Virus genome (UHGV): UHGV-0122684
Length of the DNA stretch: 17,890 nucleotides
Origin: a virus
Reading direction: 5' to 3' (one strand)
The first letter of the stretch is position 1, and the number at the start of each line of letters is the position of its first letter. Below, piece after piece: positions 6,769 to 14,050 of the stretch. Made by a program: the position numbers and the translations under genes. The notes under the pieces are model-generated. The model saw nothing but the letters and a program-made list of their open reading frames with translations, did no database searches and was not told the DNA's origin.

Positions 6769-8084
6769 GCGGCCTCTCCCCGCATATTGCGAACAAGTTC
6801 AGAAGCAGCAGTAATGATTTCGCTGGTGGCAGTCCGCTCCAGCCAGAGTTGATTGATATTGGCTTTCAGCTTGTGTTGCAGTGACTCATCCAGCATGTCA
6901 GCACCATCCACCTGGTCGAATACAATTCTAACCTCCAGCGGCCAGATACGGGACTCGGGAAGCGGATCCGATACTGGTTTAGCTTTCTCACGAATGTGCA
7001 TGCGGATCTGGCGAATATTGGACCAACTGGAAACATCCAGGCTTCCCATGGCTGCAATGAAGTCAGTGCTGTTCATGCCATATTCACCGGATGCTTCAAG
7101 GGCAACAGTGCGAATACGTTCCGACATATCCAGGCGCACAGCAGCGTCATCGAATTCAATCGACAACAGCCACTCATCCACACCGAACAAAATACTCTCA
7201 CGAATAAGCAGCTTCGCTTTGTCGATCGTTAAAGGTGATACCTGAGTGAATTCCGGTGCTTCGACAGAATCCGCCGCCCAGGTATGCCCAAACTTCGATT
7301 CACTGAATGTGTATTCTTCTTTATCGCCAAACGCAGCTCTAACGCATGCCCACGCCTCGACACCGCTGATAGCAAAAATATCTTTCTGGGTGAGTGGCAA
7401 CTCTGCTTCTGGCTTATCAGCTGCAGGAGGTCTGGCAGTTACAGGTTGAGACTTGCTGGCAGCAAATTGTGGCAAAGCCATAAACGCCCGCCCTTTTGCC
7501 TCCAGTTCTGTGCGGTTGATATAGCTGAACCGCTCGCCACGCCATGACTTATCGAATACAGCTATGGCACCGGCAAAAAACGCGCTGGTGGGCTTCTGTT
7601 TTTCGTCAGCCGGTATAAACCACACAGGCAGATCGAACCCAATGCGCCCGCGAATGAATACAATGTGATCGGCATCTTCCGGCCACCACGTTTCACTCGG
7701 CGCGGCTTTTATCAGGAATACATAGCGACCGCCCTTCTCGCGCTGGGCTGCTGCGTACTTCATGATGTGCGTCATACCAGTGATCGCCTGTTTCTCGTGA
7801 TACTGCGAACGGCTATACTGTGGGTTGCCATAACCAGCGCCACCCAGTTCTGTAAGACGTTCAGACCAGTCCTGCGTCAGCGCGTTATCTTCGGCGGTGT
7901 ACCATGCCGGGCATTTCGCGTTGTCGTCGTCAGCAAACAAGTCCAGAACTAATGGACCAAATAGTGCGTTGATCCCCCAAAACAGCAGATCCGGTGTTCG
8001 CCACTGATCGCCAACTTCTTTCAATTCGTGAGCTGGTTTACTGCGCAGTTCTGCCAGCGCCTGGCAATATTTATTTGGCATCAT
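6765..8084 (-). CDS. protein with N-terminal phage Dam-like N6-adenine methyltransferase fold and long C-terminal extension
   Basis: 439-aa ORF translationally coupled to the O-like gene (ATGA overlap at 8081-8084). N-terminal about 180 aa read WRTPDLLFWGINALFGPLVLDLFADDDNAKCPAWYTAEDNALTQDW ... GYGNPQYS ... VFLIKAAPSETWWPED ... IVFIRGRIGF, matching the small phage Dam-family pattern as I recall it, but with NPQY where NPPY/DPPY is expected. No Walker A motif seen, so it does not look like a helicase or helicase loader. Confidence 0.65.
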   Translation of the reverse strand: MMPNKYCQALAELRSKPAHELKEVGDQWRTPDLLFWGINALFGPLVLDLFADDDNAKCPAWYTAEDNALTQDWSERLTELGGAGYGNPQYSRSQYHEKQAITGMTHIMKYAAAQREKGGRYVFLIKAAPSETWWPEDADHIVFIRGRIGFDLPVWFIPADEKQKPTSAFFAGAIAVFDKSWRGERFSYINRTELEAKGRAFMALPQFAASKSQPVTARPPAADKPEAELPLTQKDIFAISGVEAWACVRAAFGDKEEYTFSESKFGHTWAADSVEAPEFTQVSPLTIDKAKLLIRESILFGVDEWLLSIEFDDAAVRLDMSERIRTVALEASGEYGMNSTDFIAAMGSLDVSSWSNIRQIRMHIREKAKPVSDPLPESRIWPLEVRIVFDQVDGADMLDESLQHKLKANINQLWLERTATSEIITAASELVRNMRGEAA

Positions 8085-8947
8085 GAGCGGAACCCCGAAT
8101 TTTCTGGAAGTGAGTAGTCAACATTTTGGAAGCTTGCGCGGCTGGCTGAGTTAGCCGTCCATTTACCGTTAACGCGCTCAGGTCGCCCAGCGGCAGACCA
8201 TTTGGTCGCGCTTTGCAGGTAACCAGGGAAGTTTTTTGGAATAAACAGAGTTGCCGGACGGAGATATTGAGCCTGCTCGCTATCACGCCAATCAGCGTTT
8301 TTGTAATCCACCACAAGGCACAGATCATCAACAGTGAACCGTTCCCGCAGACGGGCACGAATATTCTCCAGCGACGTGCTGCATACCTGATAGCGTGAAC
8401 CAGTTGTCTGGTTCAGGTAAGACAAAACCTGTCTTGCCTGATCAGTAATCACAATCTCAGGGTCGGGTTGCGCCGCAACCGGACAAGAGGGTTTTGAAGT
8501 TACTTGTGGATCTTGTTTTGATTTTACTGACGGATCCCCGCCAGATTCTGACGGGTCAAAACCGCCGTTTTTGACGGATTTCGACGGGTCAGTTTTTGAG
8601 GCGTCAAAATTTGATGCGTCAGATTTTGACGTGTCAGAATCTGACAGTTGAGAAAATGCGGCAGCCTGAAGTTTCGCCACATTCAGGCGGTATACGTTCG
8701 AAGCATTACGGTTACCATTACGGCGCTGTGTACGCGTGAGCCAGCCATCTTTTTCAAGCTTTGCGATTGCCGTTCTGATAGTGCTCGGGCCTGCGCCAAG
8801 CTGGCGAGCAATAGTTTCAATTGACGGCCAGCATACGCCCTCATCACTGCTGAAATCAGCGAGTCGAGCCATGATCGCGACACTAGACAACTTCATGCCC
8901 GACGCCGCGCAACCATCCCATACGTAGCCGGTTAATTTAGTGCTCAT
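8081..8947 (-). CDS. replication initiator (O-like: N-terminal HTH, C-terminal conserved phage replication domain)
   Basis: 288-aa ORF. N-terminal winged-HTH (LSSVAIMARLADFSSDEGVCWPSIETIARQLGAGPSTIRTAIAKLEKDGWL). C-terminal YLRPATLF...NFPGYL motif, which I recall as the conserved C-terminus of phage replication-organiser proteins. The middle of the gene carries iteron-like direct repeats. SD AGGGAG precedes the ATG at 8945-8947. Confidence 0.8.
   Translation of the reverse strand: MSTKLTGYVWDGCAASGMKLSSVAIMARLADFSSDEGVCWPSIETIARQLGAGPSTIRTAIAKLEKDGWLTRTQRRNGNRNASNVYRLNVAKLQAAAFSQLSDSDTSKSDASNFDASKTDPSKSVKNGGFDPSESGGDPSVKSKQDPQVTSKPSCPVAAQPDPEIVITDQARQVLSYLNQTTGSRYQVCSTSLENIRARLRERFTVDDLCLVVDYKNADWRDSEQAQYLRPATLFIPKNFPGYLQSATKWSAAGRPERVNGKWTANSASRASFQNVDYSLPENSGFRS
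8527..8650. repeat. iteron-like direct repeats (candidate replication origin) inside the O-like gene
   Basis: At least seven imperfect copies of TGACGGGTCA-like units spaced 11-20 bp apart (tgacggatcc, tgacgggtcaaaa, ttgacggatttc, gacgggtcag, gcgtcaaaa, gatgcgtcag, tgacgtgtcag, ctgacag). They encode the low-complexity SD/SK-rich linker of the protein, as lambda ori iterons do within O. Confidence 0.55.
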
Positions 8948-9288
8948 GATCGTCCGTTATCTCCCTGAATTTTTGCCTGAAATGCTCAAGTGGGCTGAAG
9001 CATTCGTGCGGGTAGCCATCACGCAGATAGATAACGCGCTGTGTTTCTGGCTCCCAGCGGATAACACGGACTGGCACTCCACGGTGGTCTTTGAACCTTC
9101 GGTTAAGTTCGCGCACAGGCGTTTTGCCCTCCGGTTGTAGACCCCCACAATTGAAACCGCCCTACTGTGGTTACACGGAACCCAGCGGTTTGATAATCTG
9201 CGTTCATACCGAAACAACGGAGTACCCGAAACCGGGATCATCCTGAGTTGCGGTAGACGGTTAAAAGCCGTTACACTGCTCATGCGGA

Positions 9289-9840
9289 TTATTTCTCCAT
9301 ACTCGAAGAGTTGTTCGCCAAGGCGCCCGGAGCTGCACACTCGCGGGCGTCACTCTTTTCTGGAAGGCAATAAACTCGTGAAATCAGGTTCAGAAACGTC
9401 ATAAGCGTTACCCGGAACTGGTAGGCGATTTCATTCAGACTGTCCCACTCCCCTTTATCAACTACACCATCATCGATGTATCGACGGTATGCGTTGACCA
9501 GATCCCCAAGCCTGCCCACCAGCTCAGCCAGCTTTAAGCCAATTTCTTCGTTCTCTGTTTCTGGTTCTGCGCCAGGGATATGAATCCCGTTATCTGTTTG
9601 ACGAGAAAACGCATCTGCTATGTAGCTAACACCGGCGGCTTTCTGTAGCACCATCGCCCATCCCATAGGGAAGATCTGATCCCCATCCACACGAAGGCGG
9701 TTAAACAATGCGTTCTCTGTCACGCCCAACCATTCCGCAGCTTCGGCGTAGCCACCAGGCAGATCGGTAATCGTCTTTTTAATCGCGACCACCAGCCAGG
9801 CTGGCTGACGTTCAACTTTCCAAATAGGTTCGTTACCCAC
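9289..9840 (-). CDS. CII-like transcriptional regulator (HTH protein immediately downstream of cro)
   Basis: 183-aa ORF starting at a GTG (9838-9840) with SD AAGGGG, 10 nt after the cro stop. HTH-like segment YAEAAEWLGVTENALFNRL. Its position (cro, then this gene, then the replication initiator) matches cII. Family assignment is tentative. Confidence 0.55.
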   Translation of the reverse strand: MGNEPIWKVERQPAWLVVAIKKTITDLPGGYAEAAEWLGVTENALFNRLRVDGDQIFPMGWAMVLQKAAGVSYIADAFSRQTDNGIHIPGAEPETENEEIGLKLAELVGRLGDLVNAYRRYIDDGVVDKGEWDSLNEIAYQFRVTLMTFLNLISRVYCLPEKSDARECAAPGALANNSSSMEK

Positions 9841-9850
9841 GGTTAACCCC

Positions 9851-10096
9851 TTATTCCTGTGGTTTTATGTCTGTACTAACGCCTGTACAGTTCGAATAGC
9901 GATGTGGATAAAGGATTTCTAGCTCATTGATTTTTCCCGAGAAGAAACGGACTAGACGTTCAGCAATATCTAGGGAAGCAATTTGCTGCCCTCGCTCTAT
10001 CCGACTTAGATTTCCCGGGTCGATATCAACCCCTTTTGCTACATAGGAAAGAGTCATACCTTGCGATTTACGCAAGATTCGTAACGGTGATTGCAT
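9851..10096 (-). CDS. cro: Cro-like repressor (XRE-family HTH)
   Basis: 81-aa ORF divergent from cI, with perfect SD AAGGAGGG upstream of the ATG at 10094-10096. HTH segment QGMTLSYVAKGVDIDPGNLSRIERGQ. Confidence 0.8.
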   Translation of the reverse strand: MQSPLRILRKSQGMTLSYVAKGVDIDPGNLSRIERGQQIASLDIAERLVRFFSGKINELEILYPHRYSNCTGVSTDIKPQE

Positions 10097-10193
10097 ATAC
10101 CCTCCTTTAATTGCGTAAAACGCATATTAATTGGAACATACGACTTGCGCAAGTTGCTTTGCACATCACGCAAAAAAAACATGTAATAGACGC
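10097..10193. promoter_or_regulatory. OR-like operator/promoter region (divergent pR and pRM candidates, repressor operators)
   Basis: Inverted repeats with TTGCG/CGCAA half-sites: TTGCGTAAAACGCA (10111-10124), CTTGCGCAAG (10145-10154), TTGCACATCACGCAA (10159-10173). Candidate pR on the minus strand is TTGCGC (plus 10147-10152), 17-nt spacer, TAATAT (plus 10124-10129). Candidate pRM on the plus strand is TTGCAC (10159-10164), 17-nt spacer, TGTAAT (10182-10187), ending 6 nt before the cI ATG, which implies a leaderless cI mRNA as at lambda pRM. Confidence 0.6.
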
Positions 10194-10886
10194 ATGAACA
10201 TAGGAAACCGCATAAGAGAACTTCGCACTGCGAAGGGTCTAAAAATCGCTGATCTTGCTGAAGCCGTTGGTGTCGACGGAGCGAACATCTCGCGCGTAGA
10301 AACCGGCAAACAGAAGTCATTTACTGAACAATCACTTAGCAAATATGCTCAAGCTTTAGGCGTTAGCGTTGCTGATCTATTTACTCCAGAAGGAAATAAA
10401 ACTACTGTATGTGAATACAGTGGTAGTAACCCACATTCTGGAGATGGATCTGTGTTTAGAGTGGAGATTCTTGATGTAAGTGCCAGCGCTGGTGGTGGAT
10501 TTATTCAAGGCAGCGATATTATTGATGTCATCAGGTCAATCGAATACAACAATGAACGTGCACTAGCGATGTTCGGCGGAAGAACGGCAGATCAAGTAAA
10601 AGTAATCAACGTTCGAGGCGACAGTATGGCTGAGACAATTGAACCTGGTGATCTTCTCTTCGTTGATATCTCTATTCATGAATTCGATGGTGATGGAATA
10701 TATGTATTTGGTTTTGATGATAAAATTTACGTCAAACGATTACAGATGATACCTGATATGTTGTTGGTTATATCGGATAACCCAAAATATAGAGAATGGT
10801 CTGTGGACGAGACAAACGAACACCGTTTTTACATTTTTGGGAAAGTAATGATAAGCCAATCTCAATCATTCAAACGCCACGCCTGA
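10194..10886 (+). CDS. cI: CI-like repressor (N-terminal XRE HTH, C-terminal S24 LexA-like autopeptidase domain)
   Basis: Translation from the ATG at 10194: MNIGNRIRELRTAKGLKIADLAEAVGVDGANISRVETGK (HTH), with C-terminal VRGDSM (Ser nucleophile) and VKRL (Lys) motifs of RecA-stimulated self-cleaving repressors. The ORF-track version starts at an upstream TTG (10131) inside the operator region, which is unlikely to be the real start. Confidence 0.9.
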   Translation: MNIGNRIRELRTAKGLKIADLAEAVGVDGANISRVETGKQKSFTEQSLSKYAQALGVSVADLFTPEGNKTTVCEYSGSNPHSGDGSVFRVEILDVSASAGGGFIQGSDIIDVIRSIEYNNERALAMFGGRTADQVKVINVRGDSMAETIEPGDLLFVDISIHEFDGDGIYVFGFDDKIYVKRLQMIPDMLLVISDNPKYREWSVDETNEHRFYIFGKVMISQSQSFKRHA

Positions 10887-10906
10887 CACTACATATCAAT
10901 GTTGAA

Positions 10907-10930
10907 ACCGCCTTTACGGCGGTTTTTTTA
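10907..10930 (+). terminator. rho-independent terminator downstream of cI
   Basis: AACCGCC-TTTAC-GGCGGTT hairpin followed by an 8-T run, 20 nt after the cI stop. Confidence 0.65.
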
Positions 10931-10937
10931 CGTCTCA

Positions 10938-10993
10938 ATATTGCGCAATTCGCAATTTAATACTTGCGTAAATCGCAATTTAATTTTATTGTC
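10938..10993 (+). promoter_or_regulatory. OL/pL-like operator-promoter block
   Basis: The same TTGCG/CGCAA half-site palindromes as in OR: TTGCGCAA (10941-10948), TTCGCAA, CTTGCGTAAATCGCAA (10963-10978). Candidate pL on the plus strand is TTGCGT (10964-10969), 17-nt spacer, TATTGT (10987-10992), reading into the early-left region. Hexamer assignment is tentative. Confidence 0.45.
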
Positions 10994-11962
10994 TACTCCA
11001 TAGCGAACAGGCAGGACGCCAACGAAGTAGCCGCCGGTGGCGTATGAATAACCGGATGATTCGCACGAGACATGGCGAAAGCCGAAAGACTTGAAGGCGT
11101 TTTTCTCAGGTTGCGCGCTAAAGCATAGCGGGGAGAACCTGGGGCGGTGAGCAAACCCCGCGGGGCAGGACGTGGAAATTGTCTGCACATACCAATAAGC
11201 CGTCTGGCAGCGTAACTGCCCTTTACATCTGCCCCGGCGAGGTGGCGCCGCCAAACCGGGGTAGATGAATCGTAAAGGTGTCTTCGGGAGGGGTTACGGG
11301 CTGGAGTGACTACCAGCATCGACAGCTCTATCCGACGAAACGGAACCGTCTAACCCGCGGTTGTCGGTGAAAAGTACCGTAGGGATGCCAGCTAGTCACT
11401 GGCCCCCGCCCGAAGATACCTACCACCGCGCCTGATGTGGTTAAAAGCAGGCCAAAGCAATAACAAGTACTTCCCTGTTCTGGCGGCCCGGTGTTTTCCC
11501 GTTTGTCCGGTAACCGCCAGCCTTTTTCAGGGAATATCAGCCGGTCATGGTAAGCATCTCGCAGGATTCTTACCGGGACTGGAAGAGTTACCACTTGGAG
11601 ACGGTCCTTATAAATGTCCTGGACAGTGGCGGTACCAGCACCGACAACAGCGGCAGACGTTTAACTGTGAAAACGGAGAGATGCCAGCTCCCTCGACGGC
11701 AGTGACGGCGGGAAGTAGAACGCTGACAGCAGGGAAAGACCTGCACAGGCCAGACGATATCTGAGCGCCTTTAAAAACAGATGGGAGTCGGTGGAAGCCC
11801 GACACACAACAGAAAAGGGCATCACCGGGCGACGGGCTCATAATCCAATCCACCCGGGCAAAAGAAAGCGGTCTCTGCAAACCGCCGACCAATGCAGGTG
11901 CCCTTCTCTGTTGTGTATGGAGAAAGTTCGGCGGTTGCAGCCGCCTTAACGAGGGTAAAACC
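10994..11962 (+). other. GC-rich, ORF-poor stretch of about 950 bp (candidate structured leader or non-coding RNA)
   Basis: Between pL and the first convincing early-left gene the plus strand has a single ORF of 60 aa or more (109 aa, composition not protein-like). The minus strand carries several overlapping Arg/Pro/Ser-rich ORFs in different frames, typical of GC-rich non-coding DNA. Many GC-rich inverted repeats (for example GGGGCGGTGAGCAAACCCCGCGGGG, CCCCGGCGAGGTGGCGCCGCCAAACCGGGG, GGCGGTTGCAGCCGCC). GC content is visibly higher than in flanking genes (by eye, not computed). Confidence 0.35.
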
Positions 11963-12334
11963 ATGAGTAATGACCGCATGACCGTAGTGCCAGATTTTCT
12001 TGGCGAACTGGATGCCGGCGTGTTCATGAACAAAATCGCGGCAGCACTTAATACCACCGCGCTTGGCGTTCTGAACAACGGCAACAAAGGCAAAGTAGTC
12101 CTCACCTTTGATTTTGAGCGTATGGGTAATTCCGTTGAAGAGAAGCGCGTCAAGATCAAGCACAAGCTGAACTACAGCACCCCGACACCGCGTGGTAAAG
12201 CCTCCGAGGAGGACACAACCGAAACCCCGATGTGGGTCAACAAAGGCGGGAAGCTCACCATCCTGCAGGAAGATCAGTGCCAGCTGTTCGGGATCACTGG
12301 CGCGGTGGATGGAAAGCTTAAAGCGGCTCAGTGA
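11963..12334 (+). CDS. hypothetical early-left protein (YfdP-like by position and size)
   Basis: 123-aa ORF with SD GAGGGT upstream. It is the first gene of the plus-strand early operon. The YfdP-like label rests only on size and synteny recalled for E. coli CPS-53, not on sequence comparison. Confidence 0.6.
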   Translation: MSNDRMTVVPDFLGELDAGVFMNKIAAALNTTALGVLNNGNKGKVVLTFDFERMGNSVEEKRVKIKHKLNYSTPTPRGKASEEDTTETPMWVNKGGKLTILQEDQCQLFGITGAVDGKLKAAQ

Positions 12335-12390
12335 TCCGCAACAACAAACTCACTGATACCACTTTGATCATCAGTTAATAAGGAATTTTT

Positions 12391-13218
12391 ATGTCTCAGT
12401 TAGACAGCGGTACATTTCAGCAGGTAAAAGACCTGGTCCTTTCTGGCTACCACCTGAATGATATTCATGGCCTGGCTTGCCCGACCGCATTGCTGCCAGA
12501 TGGTACTAGCGTTGAAAGCCTTGAGCGCTTTTCTCTGGAGCGTTTCCGCTTCCGTGGTGCAATGACAACAACCAGTATTGACGATTTCGCACGTTATTCT
12601 AAAGGTTACGCCAGCGCCAGCGAGCCAGCCCGTTGCTTCATTGACGCTGACAACATGACCGCTCGTTCAGTGTTCAACATCGGCACCCTGGATAATCCCG
12701 GTCACGCCGATAACGTTGCTTCAATCACCCTGAAGAAAACCGCCCCGTTCCGCGCGCTATTGCAGATCGATGGTCAACGCCTGAAGCAAAAGCAAATCGC
12801 CGAATGGCTGGAAGACTGGAGCGATTACCTCCTGGCGTTTGATGCTGATGGCAATACGATGCAGATTTCCCAGGCTGCTCAGGCTGTGCGTCGTATCACT
12901 ATTCAGCAAGCAACACAGCAGGACCATGAAACTGGTGATTTCGCTGGTAAAAAATCGCTGATGCAAAGCGTTGAAGCAAGCAGCAAAGACGTAATGCCTG
13001 TGGCGTTCGAGTTCAAATGTGTGCCATATGAAGGTCTGGGCGAACGCCGCTTTAGCTTGCGTAACAGCCTGCTGACCAGCGATGAACCCTGCTTTGTTCT
13101 GCGCATCGTCCAACTTGAAGCCCAGGAAGAAGAGATCGCCAACGAATTACGCGATTTGCTGATCAGCAAGTTCGAAGGTGAATCAGTGGAAACTTTCATC
13201 GGTAACTTTAAAGCCTAA
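12391..13218 (+). CDS. hypothetical protein (YfdQ-like by size and synteny)
   Basis: 275-aa ORF with SD AAGGA upstream. Size and position before an HD-domain gene match the yfdQ-yfdR arrangement I recall in E. coli CPS-53; not verified by sequence comparison. Confidence 0.7.
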   Translation: MSQLDSGTFQQVKDLVLSGYHLNDIHGLACPTALLPDGTSVESLERFSLERFRFRGAMTTTSIDDFARYSKGYASASEPARCFIDADNMTARSVFNIGTLDNPGHADNVASITLKKTAPFRALLQIDGQRLKQKQIAEWLEDWSDYLLAFDADGNTMQISQAAQAVRRITIQQATQQDHETGDFAGKKSLMQSVEASSKDVMPVAFEFKCVPYEGLGERRFSLRNSLLTSDEPCFVLRIVQLEAQEEEIANELRDLLISKFEGESVETFIGNFKA

Positions 13219-13230
13219 TTGCTCTGCATT

Positions 13231-13258
13231 AAATCCCCGGCGCCGCGGGGATTTATTG
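13231..13258 (+). terminator. intra-operon terminator-like GC hairpin
   Basis: AAATCCCCG-GCGCCG-CGGGGATTT (9-bp stem) followed by ATTTATT, 12 nt after the stop of the 275-aa gene and before the HD-domain gene. Confidence 0.45.
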
Positions 13259-13346
13259 AAGCGTAATTCCATTAATTATCGCCAACCGGCGAGGGATTCG
13301 TGCAACCAAAATCTGCGCGGTGCAGCGCGCCAATATGGAGAAAACC

Positions 13347-13886
13347 ATGAGCTACATTCAAACATTATCCGGTAAAAAATTTAACTACCTGACCGCCACA
13401 ATCGACGATATCGATGTTGAAGATATCGCGACAGCTCTTTCCAACATCTGTCGATTCGCCGGGCATCTGCCAGAGTTTTACAGTGTGGCTCAGCACTCTG
13501 TGCTTGTTAGCCAGATTGTGCCGCCAGAGTTCGCATTTGAAGCGCTGATGCACGACGCTGCGGAGGCATATTGCCAGGACATTCCTGCCCCGCTCAAAGC
13601 CCTGTTACCAGACTACCAACGCATGGAAACTTATGTTGATGGTCTTATCCGCTTTAAATTCGGTATCTCTCTTGAACAAGCTGCTGTCGTGAAATATGCC
13701 GATCTCACCATGTTAGCCACCGAGCGCCGTGATCTGGAAATCGATGACGGTTCGAAGTGGGAAATTCTCGAAGGTATTCCCTGCTCTGATCTCGTTCAGG
13801 TTATCCCTCTCCGTCCTGGTCAAGCCTATGGCCTGTTCATGAATCGCTTTAACGAACTGATGGATCTGCGCCAATGCGCCGCATGA
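13347..13886 (+). CDS. HD-domain phosphohydrolase (YfdR-like by size and position)
   Basis: About 179 aa from the ATG at 13347 (GGAG 6 nt upstream). Contains the His...His-Asp metal-binding motif (VAQHSVL ... EALMHDAAEAY) of the HD superfamily. The ORF track extends it upstream to a GTG at 13320. Confidence 0.8.
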   Translation: MSYIQTLSGKKFNYLTATIDDIDVEDIATALSNICRFAGHLPEFYSVAQHSVLVSQIVPPEFAFEALMHDAAEAYCQDIPAPLKALLPDYQRMETYVDGLIRFKFGISLEQAAVVKYADLTMLATERRDLEIDDGSKWEILEGIPCSDLVQVIPLRPGQAYGLFMNRFNELMDLRQCAA

Positions 13887-14050
13887 AGGTAAAAGAACTC
13901 GTAGCGGAGGCTTTTGCCTCCGTTGATGAATTGCCACCAAAGCATGCACCGCTTATGCGCGAAATCGCCACCAGACTGGAGGCTACGTTCGCAGCATTAA
14001 AAGAGTCTCTGGTGCAACTGGAACAGGAACGTAAAGGTAAAACGCCATGA
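13883..14050 (+). CDS. small hypothetical protein (55 aa), translationally coupled; not in the ORF track
   Basis: Its ATG at 13883-13885 overlaps the HD-gene stop (ATGA) and its stop overlaps the next ATG (ATGA at 14047-14050). My translation: MKVKELVAEAFASVDELPPKHAPLMREIATRLEATFAALKESLVQLEQERKGKTP, helical and charged. Perfect coupling on both sides supports a real gene. Confidence 0.45.
   Translation: MKVKELVAEAFASVDELPPKHAPLMREIATRLEATFAALKESLVQLEQERKGKTP

Noticed and set aside
8957-9340. 127-aa minus-strand ORF as annotated in the ORF track
   Set aside because: The annotated start overlaps the cII-like gene by 52 nt and the product is Ser/Arg/Cys-rich. It is kept only as an open question in the findings (shorter version from the ATG at 9281-9283), not as a feature.
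9324-9365. Hairpin plus T-rich run on the plus strand inside the cII-like gene, as a standalone terminator feature
   Set aside because: The stem is only 6 bp with a 14-nt loop, too weak to annotate as a terminator. It is mentioned only as context for the antisense-transcript hypothesis.
10131-10193. N-terminal extension of cI from a TTG at 10131
   Set aside because: The extension covers the operator/promoter palindromes and encodes a Cys/His-rich peptide. The ATG at 10194 gives a canonical repressor N-terminus.
10928-12165. Minus-strand ORFs tiling the GC-rich region (10928-11254, 10993-11319, 11328-11594, 11608-12165) and plus ORF 11435-11764
   Set aside because: They overlap each other in several frames, are Arg/Pro/Ala/Ser-rich with no recognisable domain, and lie on the strand opposite to pL transcription. 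I checked for a frameshifted pseudogene, but none of the products resembles any protein family I know.
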